DNA of 41,299 bases from positions 1 through 41,299 of the forward strand of contig JAYEJT010000125.1 of the NCBI GenBank assembly GCA_034660675.1, read 5' to 3'. This DNA is from Elusimicrobiota bacterium (GTDB lineage Bacteria > CG03). Below, in pieces: positions 27,002 through 35,744 of this stretch. The notes under the pieces are model-generated. The model was not told where the DNA came from and searched no databases. It was given only the letters and a program-made list of their open reading frames with translations. Position 1 is the stretch's first letter, and each line of letters starts with the position of its first letter. The position numbers and the translations under genes are program-made.

Positions 27002-27484
27002 TCACTCAAGAACAGCTTGGCGGCGCATCCTGTTTATAAGAGTATCATCTATTCCGGGAAGCCCGCTGATTTCACTGAGCTCCCATATCTCGCCCATTTT
27101 TTCTCTGTACTCAATAATACTTTTCGCAGCCCGGCGCGTTATGTCGGGAAGCCCCATCAGTTCATCTTCTCCGGCTGTATTCAGATTGATCTTGCCCGCG
27201 GGGGTCGCCTTCACAGACTCTTCATCCGCCGGATCAAAAGATATAACTTCTTCTCCGGCGCCGCCGGAATCGGATGAAGCGGCTTTTTGTATCAGTTCGT
27301 CAAGAGAAAAATTTTTCGTTATTTCTATTTTAGGAGGGGCCAGAACCGCTGTTATTTTACCGGACTCCCTGACGGGTATCCTTTTTATTTTCAAATGAAT
27401 GATCACGGAAAGAAAAGAAAACGCTATGCCCATGAGTATAAACGCGCCCTGGCGGGGACTTATCTGTGTGTCACCTATTCTCAT
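27002..27484 (-). CDS. ComEA-like helix-hairpin-helix protein with an N-terminal TM anchor
   Basis: TM segment, then KINLNTAGEDELMGLPDI...A.SIIEYREKMG...LPGI. Confidence 0.8.
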   Translation of the reverse strand: MRIGDTQISPRQGAFILMGIAFSFLSVIIHLKIKRIPVRESGKITAVLAPPKIEITKNFSLDELIQKAASSDSGGAGEEVISFDPADEESVKATPAGKINLNTAGEDELMGLPDITRRAAKSIIEYREKMGEIWELSEISGLPGIDDTLINRMRRQAVLE

Positions 27485-27499
27485 TTTACCTCCCCATTT

Positions 27500-29068
27500 C
27501 TATTTCTTAAGCAGCTTGTAAACAATACTTTCAACAAGCGCACTCCATGATGCCTCTATGACATCCTCCGAAACGCCTGTCGTCGTCCACCTGTCGCTGC
27601 TGTCCGCGGATTCAATAAAAACCCTCACCGCCGCGGCCGTGGCATCCGCGGGATTGAGCACCCTTACTTTAAAATCAGTGAGCGAAATTTCCCCGACCTT
27701 CGGAAAAAAAGGCAGCAGCGCTTTGCGCAGACAGTTATCCAGAGCATTGACGGGACCGTCTCCCTCGGCGACTTCATAAACGGTTTTTCCTTTCACCGCG
27801 AGTTTTACCGACGCCTCGCTTTTTTTCCGGCCGCCGGCGTATTCAAGGATGACCCTGCAGCTCTTCACGTCAAAGAACAGGGGCACCTTCCCCTCTATCC
27901 TTTTCACAAGCAGTTTGAGCGACGCGTTTGCCGCTTCATACTGATAACCTGCCGCTTCGCGGTTTTTTATTTCTTTGAGCACCTCGCTCAGATTTTCTTT
28001 GTCTTCAAGCTTGATATCAAGCTGCTTGCTCCTGGCTTTTAAATTCGCCTGCCCCGAAAGATCGGATATCAGAACGCGTCTTTCGTTACCCACAGCCGCC
28101 GGAGACAAATGCTCATAAGTTGAAGCGTTTTTCAAAACGGCCGACACGTGTACACCGCCCTTGTGGGCAAAAGCCGAACTCCCCACAAAAGGCTGCTCCT
28201 TTTTGGGTATAAGATTTGCCACCTCGTCGATATAACGGGACACTTTCGTGAGTTTCTTTATATCCTTCACGGAGATATTTTTAACGCCGGCCCCTCTTTT
28301 TAAAACGAGGTTGGCCATCAGCGAAGAAAGATTCGCGTTACCGCACCTTTCTCCCCAGCCGTTGATTGTGCCCTGCACCATTTCGGCGCCGGCGGAAACG
28401 GCCGCAAGAGAATTTGCCACAGCAAGATCACAGTCGTTGTGCGCATGAATACCGAATTTCAGATCAGGCAGCCGCGTCATCGCGTCTTTTGTTATGTCGG
28501 AAATTTCCTCAGGCATACTGCCCCCGTTTGTGTCGCACAAACATATCCAGTCGGCCCCGCCCTCCGCTGCCGCGTCCAGCGTTGAAAGAGCGTAATCTCT
28601 GTTTTCTTTGTAGCCGTCAAAAAAATGTTCGGCATCATAAATAACCTCTTTTCCCGTTTTTTTCAGATATCTGACAGAATCTTTTATCATCTTGAGATTC
28701 TCGGAAGGGGTTGTCCGTAAAGCGTCTTTCACATGCATCAGAGATGTTTTTCCGAATATACAGAAAGCATCGGGTTTCGCTTTTATAAGCTGAATGAGGT
28801 TTTGATCATCGGCCGCTTTTATATTTTTTCTGCGGGTGGAACCGAAAGCAGTGAGCAGGGAAGGCTTCAAAGATATCTTTTTCATCCTGCTGAAGAATTC
28901 GGCATCTTTGGGATTTGAGCCGGGCCAGCCGCCTTCTATATAATGCACGCCGAGTTTTTTGAGAGCTCCGGCTATGTTTATCTTGTCTTCAACACCGATA
29001 GACACCCCTTCGGACTGCGTGCCGTCTCTGAGCGTCGTATCAAATAGAACTATTTTTCTGTTTTTCAT
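27500..29068 (-). CDS. cimA: Citramalate synthase
   Basis: DTTLRDGTQ, YIEGGWPGSNPKD, YDAEHFFDG, HAHND and a C-terminal GPVNALD regulatory domain. Confidence 0.93.
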   Translation of the reverse strand: MKNRKIVLFDTTLRDGTQSEGVSIGVEDKINIAGALKKLGVHYIEGGWPGSNPKDAEFFSRMKKISLKPSLLTAFGSTRRKNIKAADDQNLIQLIKAKPDAFCIFGKTSLMHVKDALRTTPSENLKMIKDSVRYLKKTGKEVIYDAEHFFDGYKENRDYALSTLDAAAEGGADWICLCDTNGGSMPEEISDITKDAMTRLPDLKFGIHAHNDCDLAVANSLAAVSAGAEMVQGTINGWGERCGNANLSSLMANLVLKRGAGVKNISVKDIKKLTKVSRYIDEVANLIPKKEQPFVGSSAFAHKGGVHVSAVLKNASTYEHLSPAAVGNERRVLISDLSGQANLKARSKQLDIKLEDKENLSEVLKEIKNREAAGYQYEAANASLKLLVKRIEGKVPLFFDVKSCRVILEYAGGRKKSEASVKLAVKGKTVYEVAEGDGPVNALDNCLRKALLPFFPKVGEISLTDFKVRVLNPADATAAAVRVFIESADSSDRWTTTGVSEDVIEASWSALVESIVYKLLKK

Positions 29069-30339
29069 AATTTAAATTCCTTAGCTATCACTTTTACGGC
29101 CCGGGCAGTGTTTTTTTCCTCTATAACACAGGATATTTTTATTTCCGAGGTAGAAATCATTTCTATGTTTATTTTGTTTTTCGCAAGCACCCCGAAAAGC
29201 CTCGCCGCCACGCCGCTGTGCGTCTGCATTCCGCTGCCGACGATGGAAACCTTGGAAATATTTTCCTTAATCAGAAGTTCCCTGATGTTCATTTTTTTTC
29301 TCACGGACTCAAGGATTTTACGGGCTTTTTTTATGTCACCGCGCTTGATGGTGAATGAAATATCATTAACGGCCATTTTTGATTCGGGAGAACTTTTTGC
29401 GGATGACTGAATTATCATATCAACGCATATGTTTTTCCGGCTGAGAGCCGCAAATATATCCGCGGCGACACCGGGTCTGTCAGGCACGCCCGACACATTT
29501 ATCTTTGCCTGATCCTTATCTTCCGTAACACTCCTGACAACCAGTTTCTCCAGCAATTTATCCTCCCCGCAAATAATGGTGCCTCTCTTCCTGCTGAAAG
29601 TGCAGGCCACCTCAAAAGGCACTTTTCTGTTTTTTGCCAACTCCACGGCGCGCGCCTGCATAACGCCGGCTCCGGCGGATGCCATTTCAAACATCTCGTC
29701 ATAACTTATTCTATCAATTTTTTTCGCTTTGGCGTAAACTTTCGGATTGGCCGTAAAGATACCCTCCACATCTGTGAAAATTTTGCACCGGGCTTTTAAA
29801 ACGGAAGCGATGGCAATGGCCGTCAGATCACTGCCTCCCCGGCCGAGAGTTGTTATTTCCCCGGAAAGGCTCATCCCCTGAAAACCCGCCGCCACTGCGA
29901 CATACCCTTTTTTGAGCGCTTTAATCAGTCTCTCTGACGACACGGATTTGATCCTCGCGTTGCTGAAATTTCCGTCTGTGATAATTTCAAGCTGATGTCC
30001 CGTAAAGGAAACGACTTTCTGCCCGATGTTCCACAGAGCCATCGCCAGCAGCGCTATGGTTTTCTGCTCGCCCGTGGCCAGTAGCATATCCATTTCCCTT
30101 ATGTGGGGGGTACGCGAAATACCGGCCGCCTCTTTGATAAGATCATCCGTTGTGTCTCCGGGCGCTGACACAACAACCACCGGCTTGTAGCCGAGGTCGG
30201 CAAAATCCTTCACCCTTTTTGCGACATATTTTATTTTTTTCGGATTCGCAACAGACGAACCGCCGAATTTCAGAACAATCACTTCATTCTTTTTTCCGCC
30301 AACGGCGGATTTCGCTTTGCTCAATTTGCTGTTTCTCAC
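29065..30339 (-). CDS. lysC: Aspartate kinase
   Basis: KFGGSS, TTLGRGGSD and two ACT domains. Start moved to GTG 30339 (GTGA overlap with the thrB stop). Confidence 0.95.
   Translation of the reverse strand: MRNSKLSKAKSAVGGKKNEVIVLKFGGSSVANPKKIKYVAKRVKDFADLGYKPVVVVSAPGDTTDDLIKEAAGISRTPHIREMDMLLATGEQKTIALLAMALWNIGQKVVSFTGHQLEIITDGNFSNARIKSVSSERLIKALKKGYVAVAAGFQGMSLSGEITTLGRGGSDLTAIAIASVLKARCKIFTDVEGIFTANPKVYAKAKKIDRISYDEMFEMASAGAGVMQARAVELAKNRKVPFEVACTFSRKRGTIICGEDKLLEKLVVRSVTEDKDQAKINVSGVPDRPGVAADIFAALSRKNICVDMIIQSSAKSSPESKMAVNDISFTIKRGDIKKARKILESVRKKMNIRELLIKENISKVSIVGSGMQTHSGVAARLFGVLAKNKINIEMISTSEIKISCVIEEKNTARAVKVIAKEFKL
30290..30324 (-). repeat. 35-bp hairpin-containing dispersed repeat, copy 2 (in-frame at the lysC 5' end)
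   Basis: TTGAGCAAAGCGAAATCCGCC-GTT-GGCGGAAAAAA, matching 3453-3487. Confidence 0.85.
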
Positions 30340-31277
30340 TTTGTGATTTTTACTCCCGTCTTTTTTATTTCCGCGCCTCTCCGCGCCACACGGGTTATAA
30401 AAACCCCGCTTTTTACTCCCTCTCCCGCAAAAGCTCTTTTCATGGCGCGGGCGGTTTTTCCGGCGCATTTAGCGTCTTTGGCTATAGCCCCGACAGAAGA
30501 CCCCGAACCGGATATAAAAACGCCGGCTGCGCCGTTCCTGACAGCGGCGGCCTTAACGCTGTCATAAGCTTTTATAAACTTCTTTCTGTAGGGCGTGTGA
30601 ATTTTATCTTCAAACATAAAGGGCTCCACACAGCCGTTATAAATTCCGTCTATCAGCGCCGATATTCGCGAAAGATTAAAAACAACATCTTTCGCCGTGT
30701 AATTCTTCGGCAGGATTTTTCTGGCCTTATCCGTGCTGACGTCAATATCAGGTACGGCTATGCACACCGGATTTTTTATAATGGCCCGCAGCCTCCGGGC
30801 GCATCCGCGGTCCGGCGCGCAGATAACTATCCCCCCGAGCAGAGAAGCGGCGGCATTGTCATAATGACCTTCCATTTTCGCGGCAATTCTAAGGAGATCC
30901 GGTTTATCCATTCCCGCGCCGGAAATTTCATTCGCAAAAAGAGCTCCCGCCACTCTCGCCGTTGCCGACGAACCCATGCCTTTCATGAGAGGAATCCTGT
31001 TGACAGCTTTTATGCTCACTCTGCCAATTTCTTTGTGGTCAAAGCCCTTTTTCCGCCACACGGCAAGAGCCGCGCGCCAAAGAGCATTTGATGAATTTTC
31101 AGCCAATTGTCCGGCACCGTAACCGCGCACCTTTATATCAAGGGAGAAAACGCCGGGAACAACCGTAAACTCAAAACGGTTACGCACGTCCAGCGCGGCG
31201 GCTAGCACATCATAACCGCAGCCGAAATTACCAGACGAAGCCGGCACATCAACAATGTATTTAACAGCTTTTTTCAT
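30336..31277 (-). CDS. thrB: Homoserine kinase
   Basis: VPASSGNFGCGYDVL, GHMP motif IPLMKGMGSSA, EGHYDNAA and ISGSGSS. Confidence 0.92.
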   Translation of the reverse strand: MKKAVKYIVDVPASSGNFGCGYDVLAAALDVRNRFEFTVVPGVFSLDIKVRGYGAGQLAENSSNALWRAALAVWRKKGFDHKEIGRVSIKAVNRIPLMKGMGSSATARVAGALFANEISGAGMDKPDLLRIAAKMEGHYDNAAASLLGGIVICAPDRGCARRLRAIIKNPVCIAVPDIDVSTDKARKILPKNYTAKDVVFNLSRISALIDGIYNGCVEPFMFEDKIHTPYRKKFIKAYDSVKAAAVRNGAAGVFISGSGSSVGAIAKDAKCAGKTARAMKRAFAGEGVKSGVFITRVARRGAEIKKTGVKITK

Positions 31278-31284
31278 AATTGGA

Positions 31285-31293
31285 ATTATAGCA
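31285..31293 (-). promoter_or_regulatory. Extended -10 promoter directly upstream of thrB (probably leaderless)
   Basis: TGcTATAAT, then 7 nt, then ATG, with no Shine-Dalgarno sequence. Confidence 0.65.
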
Positions 31294-31363
31294 AAATAAC
31301 GTTAAACTAAAAAACGGGAAACATCAGAGAAATCGCGTAAAAATTGTGATTGTCTGACGGCAT

Positions 31364-32221
31364 CTAAAATCTGAAGCCGGCGGTCGTTATATAGGCGTAG
31401 TCAAGAGCTCCGTGCGGGAGAAAAGCAAAATCAACAAAATAGCTCCCTTCCTGCCAGCCGAAACCGAAACTCAAATTAAAATCATCCTGATAAGATGAGC
31501 CCATCCTGAGAGTAAGATGTTTCTGTTTTTTGAATTCAAGCCCCAGAAGATACTGTATTTTTTCGTATCCTGTCATCTTCACTTCGCTGACAAGATAGAA
31601 TCTGCCCATCTTCTGAAGAGCCCCTACGGTCAGAGCCGTAGGCAGTTCCTCTTTTTCGTTGATCATTTTTTTCTTGCCGCCAAAATCTGACACCACCGCT
31701 CCAAAGGCGGCCGTCCGTGAGACCTGTGTCAAAAAACCTAAATCCCAAGCCGCGTGATTATAATCTTCACCGTAAATTTTTTGATTCAATTTTTTATATG
31801 TTGCTCCCGCGACGGTGTAACGTTTCAGCCGGAATCCGTATGACATGCTCAAAACACCGTATCTGTCTGTAAAATCACCGAGCTTTTCGCCGGCGGCATC
31901 CCTTGCCGTATCATCAAAATTATAATTCTGCCAGCTCAAACCGAAGTGCCCCGCGTTAAAAGAGGCGGCATTCTGTTTCGTGGACATATACCATGTGTTC
32001 TGCGAAAAAGACGCGCGGGTTTTCGGCTTCAAACCCAGCATCGCGGGATTGGACCTCCAGCAGTCCTGTCCTTCCCACACGACAGAACCGCCGTTCATCG
32101 CGGCAAACCTTGCCGACACCGGAATTTTAAGAAACGCGAAACTTCTCGTTCCGGGGTTTTCTGCAAAAGCAAAAACCGAGACAAGCAGAAGAACAGGCGC
32201 AAAAAATCTTATTTTTTTCAT
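31364..32221 (-). CDS. PorV/PorQ-like outer-membrane beta-barrel
   Basis: Signal peptide, FLKIPVSARFAAMNG...NPA plug motif, amphipathic strands and a C-terminal Phe (AGFRF). Confidence 0.8.
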   Translation of the reverse strand: MKKIRFFAPVLLLVSVFAFAENPGTRSFAFLKIPVSARFAAMNGGSVVWEGQDCWRSNPAMLGLKPKTRASFSQNTWYMSTKQNAASFNAGHFGLSWQNYNFDDTARDAAGEKLGDFTDRYGVLSMSYGFRLKRYTVAGATYKKLNQKIYGEDYNHAAWDLGFLTQVSRTAAFGAVVSDFGGKKKMINEKEELPTALTVGALQKMGRFYLVSEVKMTGYEKIQYLLGLEFKKQKHLTLRMGSSYQDDFNLSFGFGWQEGSYFVDFAFLPHGALDYAYITTAGFRF

Positions 32222-33081
32222 CTTATGATTGTCATCTTCCCTTTCGCGTTGCCCTTGAGGGCCTTATAAACAATAAAGTAATTCCCCGTAGAGACAATTC
32301 CGCCATGACTGTTCCTCCCGTCCCACTCGTTGGTACCTGTGAGTTTAACGACAAGCATTCCTCCCAGATCGTAAATTTCCACCACCGCGTTCAGCGAACC
32401 TTTGTTCTCGGGAGATATGATTTTACAGCTGTTTGAACCCGTGGGCATAAACGGGTTCGGCGCGCTATAGCAAACGCTCTCCGTTCTGAAACTGCCGTAT
32501 TTTGACGATTTCGGTGTGGGAAAAGAATTTACGTAAAAATCAACAGCGTTATTGTCAGAATCGGCTCCCGCCGGATCCCTTGTGAGAGATTCGCCGCCTC
32601 CCGCGTCAAGAGCGCTTGTGCCACCCTCGCCGTAAACATCGGACGCGGCCACATCGTCATAGGCCACCCTGTCCTTTTCCAGATCCGTGCCGTCTGTCAG
32701 ACATATCCCCTGCAGAGAACTGTTGCTCATCTGCAACTCATCGGAATAGATAAAATCCGGATAGCCGGCGTCCCAGCCGCAGATCGTGTGCACCTTAGAC
32801 TGAGTCATAAGAAAAAAAGATTTCGGCCCTATGGCAAAACTCTTCGTCGGCGAAGAGATAGTTATAAAATCTTCAAACCCCGTCACGCTGTCAGATTTTC
32901 TTATCTTCCAGCCCGTTATGGCAATGGTGGACGATGTGTTATTATAAAGTTCTATCCACTCATACCCTTCATCCGAACCGTCGGGGTCATAAACGAATTC
33001 GTTTATCACAACGCTGCCCGCAAACAATCTGCCGCAAAGGGCAAATATCAAAAGGCCGGTAAAAATTATCAGTTTTTTCAT
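32218..33081 (-). CDS. Exported lamin-tail-domain protein with a FlgD-Ig/T9SS-CTD-like tail
   Basis: Signal peptide, LTD motif VVINEFVYDP...EWIELYN, DSDNNAVDF, and a tail PNPF...IYDLGG.LV...WDGRN..G..V..G.Y. Confidence 0.82.
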   Translation of the reverse strand: MKKLIIFTGLLIFALCGRLFAGSVVINEFVYDPDGSDEGYEWIELYNNTSSTIAITGWKIRKSDSVTGFEDFITISSPTKSFAIGPKSFFLMTQSKVHTICGWDAGYPDFIYSDELQMSNSSLQGICLTDGTDLEKDRVAYDDVAASDVYGEGGTSALDAGGGESLTRDPAGADSDNNAVDFYVNSFPTPKSSKYGSFRTESVCYSAPNPFMPTGSNSCKIISPENKGSLNAVVEIYDLGGMLVVKLTGTNEWDGRNSHGGIVSTGNYFIVYKALKGNAKGKMTIIR

Positions 33082-34283
33082 AATCTCCAGTCCAGCGACA
33101 CATTAAACATGTGCATGGATTCCTGTATCCTCGAATCATAAGTTGTTGTAAAGCGCTGCCAGCTCTCCAGATAATTACGTCTGCCGTAAGCGTACCCTAA
33201 ATCCACATGCATGCTGGATGTGACATAATATCCGAAACCGGCCGTGAGATAGCCTCTCTCCACGGAAGACCTCTCGTAAGAAGGAACAAAGGCCATGCCG
33301 TAACGGATCTGCAGGGTGCTGCTCAAATCGTTTTCTATACCCAGATGATAAGACACCCTGTCTTTGTAATTTTGTTTTGCCAGCGTCACCGGATCCGTAA
33401 AACTCATGTCCGACCAAAAAGTTTTAACAATATCAAAATAGATTGACGCCGACACGGCACCGGCCCAGATGTGATTGAAACTGAGCGTGATCTTGCGGGG
33501 AATATCCAACTCTCCTTTATCCTTAATGCTGGTTGTGCCGCTTGTGCGTTTAAGATCATAATCAAGCCCCGCAGGAGCGGCATAAGCTATCCCGTAATTC
33601 CACAGGCCCCTGTCCCTGAAAAGAGACACGTTTGTGCGGCTGCCGGAAAAATCATATTCTCTTTTCACCCTGGAGGTGGTCGCCGGCGTTGTGCCGATGA
33701 TATTTGTCTCAATAGAAGGATTCCCCGCTATTATTTCGTGAGCTATTCCCCATGACCAGCTCCCGGAAAGTTTTAAAGCCAACGCCAAATTATAATTTGT
33801 TATATTGCCCGAACCTTTGTAATCAAATTTTCCCGCATAGCTGCCGCCCGAATAAAAATCGTTCTCATGTTCATAGGAAAAATTCATCAGCCTGCCCATT
33901 CCCAGGCCCAGCCTCACCTTTTCGCTGAAAGCGTAGACAAAAGCCGTTTCAGGAATCCCGAAATAAGAGTTACCGTTATAATAAGCGGCGCCTTCGTCCG
34001 CCGACCAGTCGTTATCGGGAATGATCCTTTCCGACACAAAAACAAGAGGAACGGAAAAATAAAACCTGCTCCCCTCAAAAGCCGACATCGCCGCGGCGTT
34101 GCTGAAAACGCAGGAAGCGTTCTTTGCCGACGAAGCCGATGTCAGTCCCAGAGAAAGAGATTTTGCCCCTCCCGAATAAACGGGGTCTCCCATATTAAGA
34201 ACTCCCAGGTCCGTAAAAGCCCATAACGGAACCGCCAATGTCAGCGCCAGCGCCGGAATTAAAATTTTTATTGTTTTTTTCAT
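33078..34283 (-). CDS. FadL/OmpP1-like outer-membrane beta-barrel
   Basis: Signal peptide, GAKSLSLG...NAA plug motif, aromatic-rich strands and C-terminus SLDWRL. Confidence 0.72.
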   Translation of the reverse strand: MKKTIKILIPALALTLAVPLWAFTDLGVLNMGDPVYSGGAKSLSLGLTSASSAKNASCVFSNAAAMSAFEGSRFYFSVPLVFVSERIIPDNDWSADEGAAYYNGNSYFGIPETAFVYAFSEKVRLGLGMGRLMNFSYEHENDFYSGGSYAGKFDYKGSGNITNYNLALALKLSGSWSWGIAHEIIAGNPSIETNIIGTTPATTSRVKREYDFSGSRTNVSLFRDRGLWNYGIAYAAPAGLDYDLKRTSGTTSIKDKGELDIPRKITLSFNHIWAGAVSASIYFDIVKTFWSDMSFTDPVTLAKQNYKDRVSYHLGIENDLSSTLQIRYGMAFVPSYERSSVERGYLTAGFGYYVTSSMHVDLGYAYGRRNYLESWQRFTTTYDSRIQESMHMFNVSLDWRL

Positions 34284-35740
34284 AATTCACCTCTTTTCAA
34301 TTCTTCTAAAACCCGAGTGCCTTTTTTCGTTATAACATACTTTTGCTTCGGACTATTCGGTCTTTCCTGAATTGTCATTTTAATTAAGCCATTTTCTATA
34401 ATTGGTTTCAATATATTTGCCCTGAAATGCCCTCTGTGTTTGAAACCCGTATATTGTTGAATTTCATCTCTGTGTTTCGGTTTTTTGCAGAAAACAATAA
34501 TTTTAACCTGGACGGTACTTGGACGGTACTTGGACGCTACTTGGACAGTACTTGACCGGCGCTTGCCGGATGACACCTGTGTTTTTTTTCGCCGGCTCTT
34601 TCTTTGAAAAATTACAACAAAATTCCCCGCTATTTCTTTATATTCAGGGGAAAAAAGCCCGTAATCCCTCATCATTTTATTCATCTTATCTATGCCTGTG
34701 CCCCAGCGTTCTATGTATCCCGCTAAAAACAGCAACTCTGCAACAGCGGGGTTTCTCAACACTGATAAATGCCCTTTAGACAATTCTTTGATTTCTATGC
34801 CAAACGGTAGCGCCCCTGGCGACCAAATCTCAATTCTATTGTCAAAAATTGCTATATCAATATGACTGGGAATCCTATAATCCCTGTGCGCGACAGCATT
34901 TGCCACAGCTTCCCTGATGGCAAGATAAGGAAGCTCATATCGCTCTTCCCTGCGTCCGGTTTGCGGATTTATCCACGCAGCCTTGCGAATATTTCTAAGG
35001 ATAAAGTTTTCGGCATAATCTATCTGCCTGAAAGCATTAGCGTTTATTTCTATATGGTCAAGAATCCGGCCTGTCTTATCCGCGCCTTCAAACACCGCGC
35101 ATTTAAGAATAATATCAGGGAAGTGTTTCTGAATTTTTTTACCAAAAGCCAACAAGCCGGCAAAATTCAATTTATCCTGCGTCATTAATCCGAGTTTGTT
35201 TAAAATTGTATTTTTATCTTCGCTAAGATCAATGGGCAAATTCCTTGTTTCCTTCGCGTTTTTGAGAAACCATTTTAAGGTTTTCGCGGACACACCGTCC
35301 CGATAATCTTCTGCTATCATTCTGTCAAATCTGTAAGCTGGATTTGCCCGCTCATACAAAAATTTTTCAAGCTCATATCTTGACAGATACGCATCACTCG
35401 TACCGATTCTCTTATACGCTTTCCCTTTATAAAAATACGGCTTTTCCGGACTGTTTTTAATTTCAACAAGCAAAACATCTTTGTTGTTTATTTTTTTCAC
35501 ATAGATATTCGGATACAATCTCGGTTCTATTAAAGACAGCACGCTTGCCGAGATTCTTTTTATTGTATTATCGCTGACTTCCTGACCGGTTATTTTACCT
35601 TTATCGTCTATACCGAAATAAACTGTCCCTTCGCCGTTGTTAGCAAAGGCGCAAAGAGTTTTTAACGCCTGCTTCAATTCAGCGGTGGATTTTTTAAATT
35701 CCACCCTTTCTGATTCGTTTGTTTTCATACTTTTTTTCAT
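34280..35740 (-). CDS. Schlafen/AlbA_2 + HATPase_c_4 protein with a C-terminal Fic-associated-type HTH
   Basis: ESERVEFK, CAFANNGEG.VYFGIDD, AIREAVANAVAHRDY, ERWGTGI and a PNSPKQKYVITKKG tail. Confidence 0.88.
   Translation of the reverse strand: MKKSMKTNESERVEFKKSTAELKQALKTLCAFANNGEGTVYFGIDDKGKITGQEVSDNTIKRISASVLSLIEPRLYPNIYVKKINNKDVLLVEIKNSPEKPYFYKGKAYKRIGTSDAYLSRYELEKFLYERANPAYRFDRMIAEDYRDGVSAKTLKWFLKNAKETRNLPIDLSEDKNTILNKLGLMTQDKLNFAGLLAFGKKIQKHFPDIILKCAVFEGADKTGRILDHIEINANAFRQIDYAENFILRNIRKAAWINPQTGRREERYELPYLAIREAVANAVAHRDYRIPSHIDIAIFDNRIEIWSPGALPFGIEIKELSKGHLSVLRNPAVAELLFLAGYIERWGTGIDKMNKMMRDYGLFSPEYKEIAGNFVVIFQRKSRRKKTQVSSGKRRSSTVQVASKYRPSTVQVKIIVFCKKPKHRDEIQQYTGFKHRGHFRANILKPIIENGLIKMTIQERPNSPKQKYVITKKGTRVLEELKRGEL
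34510..34564. repeat. 11-bp tandem repeat inside coding sequence
   Basis: GGACGGTACTT GGACGGTACTT GGACGCTACTT GGACAGTACTT, plus a degenerate GACCGGCGCTT. Confidence 0.88.
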
Positions 35741-35744
35741 ATCA

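Noticed and set aside
30340-30468. Long N-terminal extensions in the ORF track (lysC to 30468, TPR/HEAT gene to 5796, ilvD to 25387)
   Set aside because: They overlap upstream genes. Shorter starts with stop/start overlaps or RBS fit better.
30150-31091. 313-aa plus-strand ORF
   Set aside because: Antisense shadow of thrB/lysC with no recognisable motifs.
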